From: Rhodoluna sp.
GTDB taxonomy: Bacteria; Actinomycetota; Actinomycetes; Actinomycetales; Microbacteriaceae
Assembly (NCBI GenBank): GCA_044338605.1
Contig: JBIIXB010000001.1
Span: 50,205-114,204, forward strand
Reading direction: 5' to 3'
Length of the DNA stretch: 64,000 nt
Shown here: in pieces, positions 59,474 to 64,000 of the stretch
Layout: each line of letters begins with the position of its first letter
Numbering within the stretch: the stretch's first letter is position 1
The notes under the pieces: model-generated
Told to the model about the DNA's origin: nothing
What the model saw: only the letters and a program-made list of their open reading frames with translations
Databases searched by the model: none
Position numbers and translations under genes: made by a program

Positions 59474-60781
59474 ATGAGTGACTTAGAGTCATTAAGGCAA
59501 GCAGCCCTTCAAGCAACTAAGGCATATGCAGACTCGTACCTAACGCGAACAGAATTCAAGGCTGGAGAAACCCCAGTCCCAGTTTCCGGAAAAGTTCTCG
59601 ACTCATCAGATTTCGTATCCCTAGTTGATTCAAGCCTTGACGGCTGGCTAACAGCTGGAAGGTTTACTGAAGATTTTCAACGGAAACTAGGAAAGTTTGT
59701 TGGAGCTAGAAAAACTCTTTTTGTGAATAGCGGATCAAGCGCAAACCTCGTTGCACTAAGCGCTCTAACAAGCCCAAAACTAGGCAAACGTGCACTAAAG
59801 CCAGGCGATGAAGTCCTGACCGTAGCTATGGGTTTTCCAACGACAGTGAATCCCATTATTCAGAATGGACTTCGACCAGTTGTTGTTGATGTTCAGCTGG
59901 GAACCTATGATGCTTTTCCTGACATGCTTAGGGAAGCCATTTCCTCCAAAACCAAAGCAATCATGATGGCTCACACTCTCGGAAATCCATTTGACCTTGA
60001 TACGGTTCAAGAACTTTGTGAAAAGCATGGCCTCTGGTTGATCGAAGACTCTTGTGACGCACTGGGCTCTACATATAAAGGTAAGCGCACAGGTAGCTTC
60101 GGAGATACTGCAACAGTTAGCTTTTACCCAGCCCACCACATCACCACTGGTGAAGGCGGTGCTGTTTTTAGCAAGTCTCCTCTTGTAGCCAAGCAAGTTG
60201 AATCATTTAGGGACTGGGGAAGAGACTGCTACTGCGAGACCGGACATGACAACACATGTCAGAAAAGATTTGGCTGGCAGCTTGGAGATTTACCAATCGG
60301 CTACGACCACAAGTACACGTACTCACACATCGGGTACAACCTAAAGGCAACAGACATGCAAGCGGCTCTAGGTGTCACCCAACTCGCGAAGTTGGAATCG
60401 TTTATTGAGTCCCGAAGAAGAAACTTTGACTATTTGTATGAAAAACTCAAAAACGTTGAAGGGTTGATTTTACCTAGGGCGACAGAACACTCGGAGCCGT
60501 CTTGGTTTGGTTTTCCAATCACGCTTGACCCCTCCCACCCAGCGAACAGAGAAGACCTCTTGCGTCATCTAGAAGCCCTAAAAATTGGAACCAGGCTGAT
60601 GTTTGCGGGAAATCTAATGAAGCAGCCTGCCTATAAAAATGTTGATTTTAGGGTTGTTGGCAATCTAGACAACACGGATATCGTGATGCTTAGGACTTTC
60701 TGGGTGGGAGTTTACCCAGGCCTCACTAGTGAAATGCTCGACTATGTTGCTCATTCCATTTCAGAATTTATGAAGAGATAA
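59474..60781 (+). CDS. rfbH: CDP-4-keto-6-deoxyglucose 3-dehydrase (E1)
   Basis: [14 protein letters not shown] (His replacing the Schiff-base Lys), [10 protein letters not shown] Fe-S ligands. Confidence 0.95.
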   Translation: MSDLESLRQAALQATKAYADSYLTRTEFKAGETPVPVSGKVLDSSDFVSLVDSSLDGWLTAGRFTEDFQRKLGKFVGARKTLFVNSGSSANLVALSALTSPKLGKRALKPGDEVLTVAMGFPTTVNPIIQNGLRPVVVDVQLGTYDAFPDMLREAISSKTKAIMMAHTLGNPFDLDTVQELCEKHGLWLIEDSCDALGSTYKGKRTGSFGDTATVSFYPAHHITTGEGGAVFSKSPLVAKQVESFRDWGRDCYCETGHDNTCQKRFGWQLGDLPIGYDHKYTYSHIGYNLKATDMQAALGVTQLAKLESFIESRRRNFDYLYEKLKNVEGLILPRATEHSEPSWFGFPITLDPSHPANREDLLRHLEALKIGTRLMFAGNLMKQPAYKNVDFRVVGNLDNTDIVMLRTFWVGVYPGLTSEMLDYVAHSISEFMKR

Positions 60782-60882
60782 CTCAAGTTGAGGAGAATGT
60801 CTTTGCCATACTCTCGGAAGCCAGAGTCAAGATCATTTAAAATCAAAATCTCGCAGCAACTTGAATTGAAAGGGATGCAACC

Positions 60883-62055
60883 ATGAAAATTTCTTCTGGC
60901 GCTAGAGCTCTTCAAGGGCAACCCATGTTTAAGTTGATTGATAAAGCTAAAGAACTTGAACTGGCTGGAGTGGATGTTATTCATCTTGAAATAGGAGATC
61001 CAAACTTCGACACCCCAGGCAACATAAAGCAAGCTGCAATTGACGCAATTTTGTCAGGCGAAACTCACTACGTAAGTAGCTGGGGTATACCAGAACTTGT
61101 GGAAGCCGTTCAGGTTGCCACAAAAAAGTCAAGGGGATTCTCTCCTAAAAAAGACCAGATACTAATCACGCCTGGTGCAAACATAGGAATTTTCTACGCA
61201 ATTTTCTGTGTTGCAGAAGCTGGAGATGAAATTCTGGTGCCCGACCCCGGATTTCCAACGTATCTTTCAGCTCTGGCAATGTGCGGAGTTAAGCCAGTTC
61301 CTTATCAGCTTAATTCACAGGAGTCTTTCCGATTGGATTTACACACAATAGAATCTCAAATCACTGCGAAAACACGCATGATAATTCTCACCAGCCCAAA
61401 CAACCCAACTGGGAGTACTTTGACCAAACAAGACCTCAGAGAAGTTTTTCAGCTCGCTGAAAAACACGATATATACGTTTATTCTGACGAGATTTATTCA
61501 CGAATGGTTTACGAGCAAGAGGATTTCTCTTCGGTTTCTGAATTAGATCAATGCAAAACACGGGTCATACTAGCAAATGGATTCAGCAAGGCTTTTGCGA
61601 TGACAGGCTGGAGATTGGGGGTTCTTGTGGCCCCAGAGGTACTGGCGGAGAAAATGATGTTGCTACTTCAGACAACTTCTTCTTGCGTTTCACCGTTCAT
61701 ACAAAAAGCAGGACTGGAAGCCATTAACGGGGAGCAGTCGATAGTTCGTGAAATGATGGCTAGCTACAGGAGAAGGCGCGACCTTCTTGTGGAGGGACTG
61801 AACAATATTCACGGAGTCAAATGTGATATTCCAAAGGGCGCATTTTACGTATTTGCTGACATTTCCTCCTTTGGACTGAGCTCTTTGGAGTTTTCTACTC
61901 GGGCGCTGAATAAATGTGGCGTTGCAATATTGCCTGGGACAGACTTCGGCCCTAATGGAGAGGGCTTCGTCCGCTTATCATTCGCGAGTTCCGAAGATCG
62001 TCTAATCGAGGCAATTTCGAGGCTTGAAACATTCTGCAGAGAATTGGGGGCGTAA
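60883..62055 (+). CDS. PLP-dependent aminotransferase class I/II
   Basis: SPNNPTG, SDEIY, GFSKAFAMTGWRLG. Confidence 0.92.
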   Translation: MKISSGARALQGQPMFKLIDKAKELELAGVDVIHLEIGDPNFDTPGNIKQAAIDAILSGETHYVSSWGIPELVEAVQVATKKSRGFSPKKDQILITPGANIGIFYAIFCVAEAGDEILVPDPGFPTYLSALAMCGVKPVPYQLNSQESFRLDLHTIESQITAKTRMIILTSPNNPTGSTLTKQDLREVFQLAEKHDIYVYSDEIYSRMVYEQEDFSSVSELDQCKTRVILANGFSKAFAMTGWRLGVLVAPEVLAEKMMLLLQTTSSCVSPFIQKAGLEAINGEQSIVREMMASYRRRRDLLVEGLNNIHGVKCDIPKGAFYVFADISSFGLSSLEFSTRALNKCGVAILPGTDFGPNGEGFVRLSFASSEDRLIEAISRLETFCRELGA

Positions 62056-62058
62056 AAG

Positions 62059-63876
62059 ATGAATGATGGGTATCGCGTCGCCGATTTTGTCGCTGATTTC
62101 ATCTCTGACGAACTCGAAATGGCGCATATTTTTTTTGTAACAGGTGCCGGAATAATGCATCTCACAGATGGGCTGGCAAAGAACGAGCGAATAGTCCCTA
62201 TTCCCCTTCATCACGAACAATCTTGCTCAATGGCTAGTGATGCATATTCCAAAGTCAACAACAAGTTTTCTGTTTCAATGTACTCAACAGGTCCCGCGGC
62301 TACTAACGCGGTTACTGGGTTAGCTGGTGCCTGGCAAGACTCGGTCCCCAGCCTCTATATTTCTGGCCAAGTCAAGATGAGCGAATCAACTCTGGCCCAA
62401 GAGTCACCCAAAGAAGTGCGTCAGTTTGGAGTACAGGAGTTGAACATCGCTCCAATCGTGGCAAGTATCACAAAGTACTTTGTACAAGTTCAAGATCCAA
62501 ACATGATCAGATACGAGCTTGAAAAAGCCGTTTATTTAGCGAAGTCAGGTCGACCAGGTCCAGTTTGGGTCGAGATTCCAATGAACGTGCAAGGGGCACA
62601 AATTGATAAATCTTCTCTAACCAGATTTCTGCCTCCTGAGCAAACATCAGACAACACGCAATTTGAGAAATCCGTAGATGATTTGATCGAGCAACTAAAA
62701 ACGAGCCAACGACCAGTAATACTGACTGGAAGAGGCGCGTTCTTGTCTGGTGCAAGCCAAAAACTTCAAGAATTTGCATCTCACCGCGGTATCCCTATCG
62801 TTTCCACTTATTTGGGCATAGATGGAATGCTGATGGATCAAGGTCAATACATTGGGAAGGTTGGGGTTAAGGGTGATCGAGCGGGAAATCTAGCGCTCCA
62901 GAACTCTGATTTAATTCTTGCTGTAGGCACAAGCCTTCATGTTTCTGTGACGGGTTATGAATACAAGGACTTCGCAAGAGAAGCAAAACTAGTAGTGGTA
63001 GACATTGAACCTAGAGGCCATGAAAAGAAAACTGTAGGAATTCATTCGTTGATTAGCCGCGACGCTGCTTCGTTCTTGGACTATTTGACTGAGACTAGCG
63101 AAGAGATGTCCTTTCCTGATTGGGGTTCTTGGCTTAAATCTTGTAAGTCTTGGAGAAGTCGCTACCCAGTTGACCTACCTGAGTACTCCGAAACCTCAGA
63201 AATCAACATCTACAAGTTTGTTAGCAGACTTTCAGCTTTGGCACCTAGAGATGCAATTTTTGTTTCTGATGCAGGATCAGCATATTATGCGGTATCGCAG
63301 GGGGTCCAAATAACGAGTGAGAATCAACGGTACGTTACATCTGGGGCGATGGCAACAATGGGATTCACGGTCCCCGCTGCGATAGGCGCGAGTTTTTCTG
63401 CGAAGCCAGGGACAGTTGTTCTTGGTGTTACCGGAGACGGTTCTTTTCAGCAAAACATTCAAGAGCTCCAGGTTATAGCTCAGCACAACCTAAACATCAA
63501 AATGTTTATCCTAAACAACGACGGCTATCTTTCTATAAAAGCTTCTCAACTAAATTATTTCGAAGCGAGGGAAATTGGTGCCGGCCCAAATTCTGGTCTT
63601 ACATTCCCTGATTCAAAAAAGGTTGCAGAGGCTTATGGAATTGCATTTGAAAGAGTCAGCCAGTTAGCTGATCTGGACGATGCAATCTCACGCGCTCTTC
63701 AATGGGACGGACCTTATATCCTGGATGTAGTAACACCCCCTCAGCAACCAATTATTCCAACTGTTTCGTCCACCTTAGATAATCAAGGAGTCATGAAATC
63801 TAGACCGCTCGAGGATATGTTCCCTTTCCTAGAACGGAAAGAATTTCTCTCCAACATGTTTATTGATCCAATCTGA
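62059..63876 (+). CDS. TPP-dependent acetolactate-synthase-like protein (YerE-like)
   Basis: HHEQS, STGPAATN, GDGS...NNDGY; directly downstream of rfbH and the aminotransferase. Confidence 0.85.
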   Translation: MNDGYRVADFVADFISDELEMAHIFFVTGAGIMHLTDGLAKNERIVPIPLHHEQSCSMASDAYSKVNNKFSVSMYSTGPAATNAVTGLAGAWQDSVPSLYISGQVKMSESTLAQESPKEVRQFGVQELNIAPIVASITKYFVQVQDPNMIRYELEKAVYLAKSGRPGPVWVEIPMNVQGAQIDKSSLTRFLPPEQTSDNTQFEKSVDDLIEQLKTSQRPVILTGRGAFLSGASQKLQEFASHRGIPIVSTYLGIDGMLMDQGQYIGKVGVKGDRAGNLALQNSDLILAVGTSLHVSVTGYEYKDFAREAKLVVVDIEPRGHEKKTVGIHSLISRDAASFLDYLTETSEEMSFPDWGSWLKSCKSWRSRYPVDLPEYSETSEINIYKFVSRLSALAPRDAIFVSDAGSAYYAVSQGVQITSENQRYVTSGAMATMGFTVPAAIGASFSAKPGTVVLGVTGDGSFQQNIQELQVIAQHNLNIKMFILNNDGYLSIKASQLNYFEAREIGAGPNSGLTFPDSKKVAEAYGIAFERVSQLADLDDAISRALQWDGPYILDVVTPPQQPIIPTVSSTLDNQGVMKSRPLEDMFPFLERKEFLSNMFIDPI

Positions 63877-64000
63877 TTCAAGGATTTACAGTTTTACACT
63901 TTCAACAGATATCTCATCAGTAACTATCTGCGGAAATAGTGATCCGTTTCAACAGCCAACTGGCGAGGCTGAGCCAAGTTTTGCGCTACAACAGTGCGAC

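Noticed and set aside
63877-64000. Possible 3' end of a minus-strand gene at the window edge
   Set aside because: Too short to assign

Overview
64 kb of a compact, gene-dense bacterial chromosome. Gene content and the many leaderless promoters fit a streamlined actinobacterium, probably a small freshwater Microbacteriaceae such as the Aquiluna/Rhodoluna group (inference). Left to right: (1) a surface-glycan locus (1-12.1 kb) whose last five genes form a cassette bracketed by a 78-bp direct repeat; (2) an unannotated 18-aa Cys-rich peptide, sbtAB, a glycosyltransferase, glutathione peroxidase and beta-oxidation genes; (3) a 13-kb catabolic cluster (21.6-34.6 kb) combining a glutamine-synthetase-like ligase, GATase, P450/ferredoxin/reductase, APC permease, HpaD/HpaE/FAH-type meta-cleavage enzymes and an acetoacetate-decarboxylase-fold enzyme, with four copies of a 20-bp palindrome next to a MarR gene (best candidate for an undescribed system); (4) hutG/hutUIH; (5) the conserved ppiA-rhomboid-crgA-pabA-pknB-pknA-pbpA-rodA-pstP-fhaB-fhaA block, with an extra InlB-B-repeat-like domain on PknB; (6) a NodZ-like gene, trhO, an M13 peptidase, a thioesterase and a probable putA remnant; (7) a second glycan locus with rfbF/G/H and a YerE-like TPP enzyme. 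No rRNA, tRNA, CRISPR, transposase or integrase was seen. All calls are by-eye motif recognition; no searches were run.
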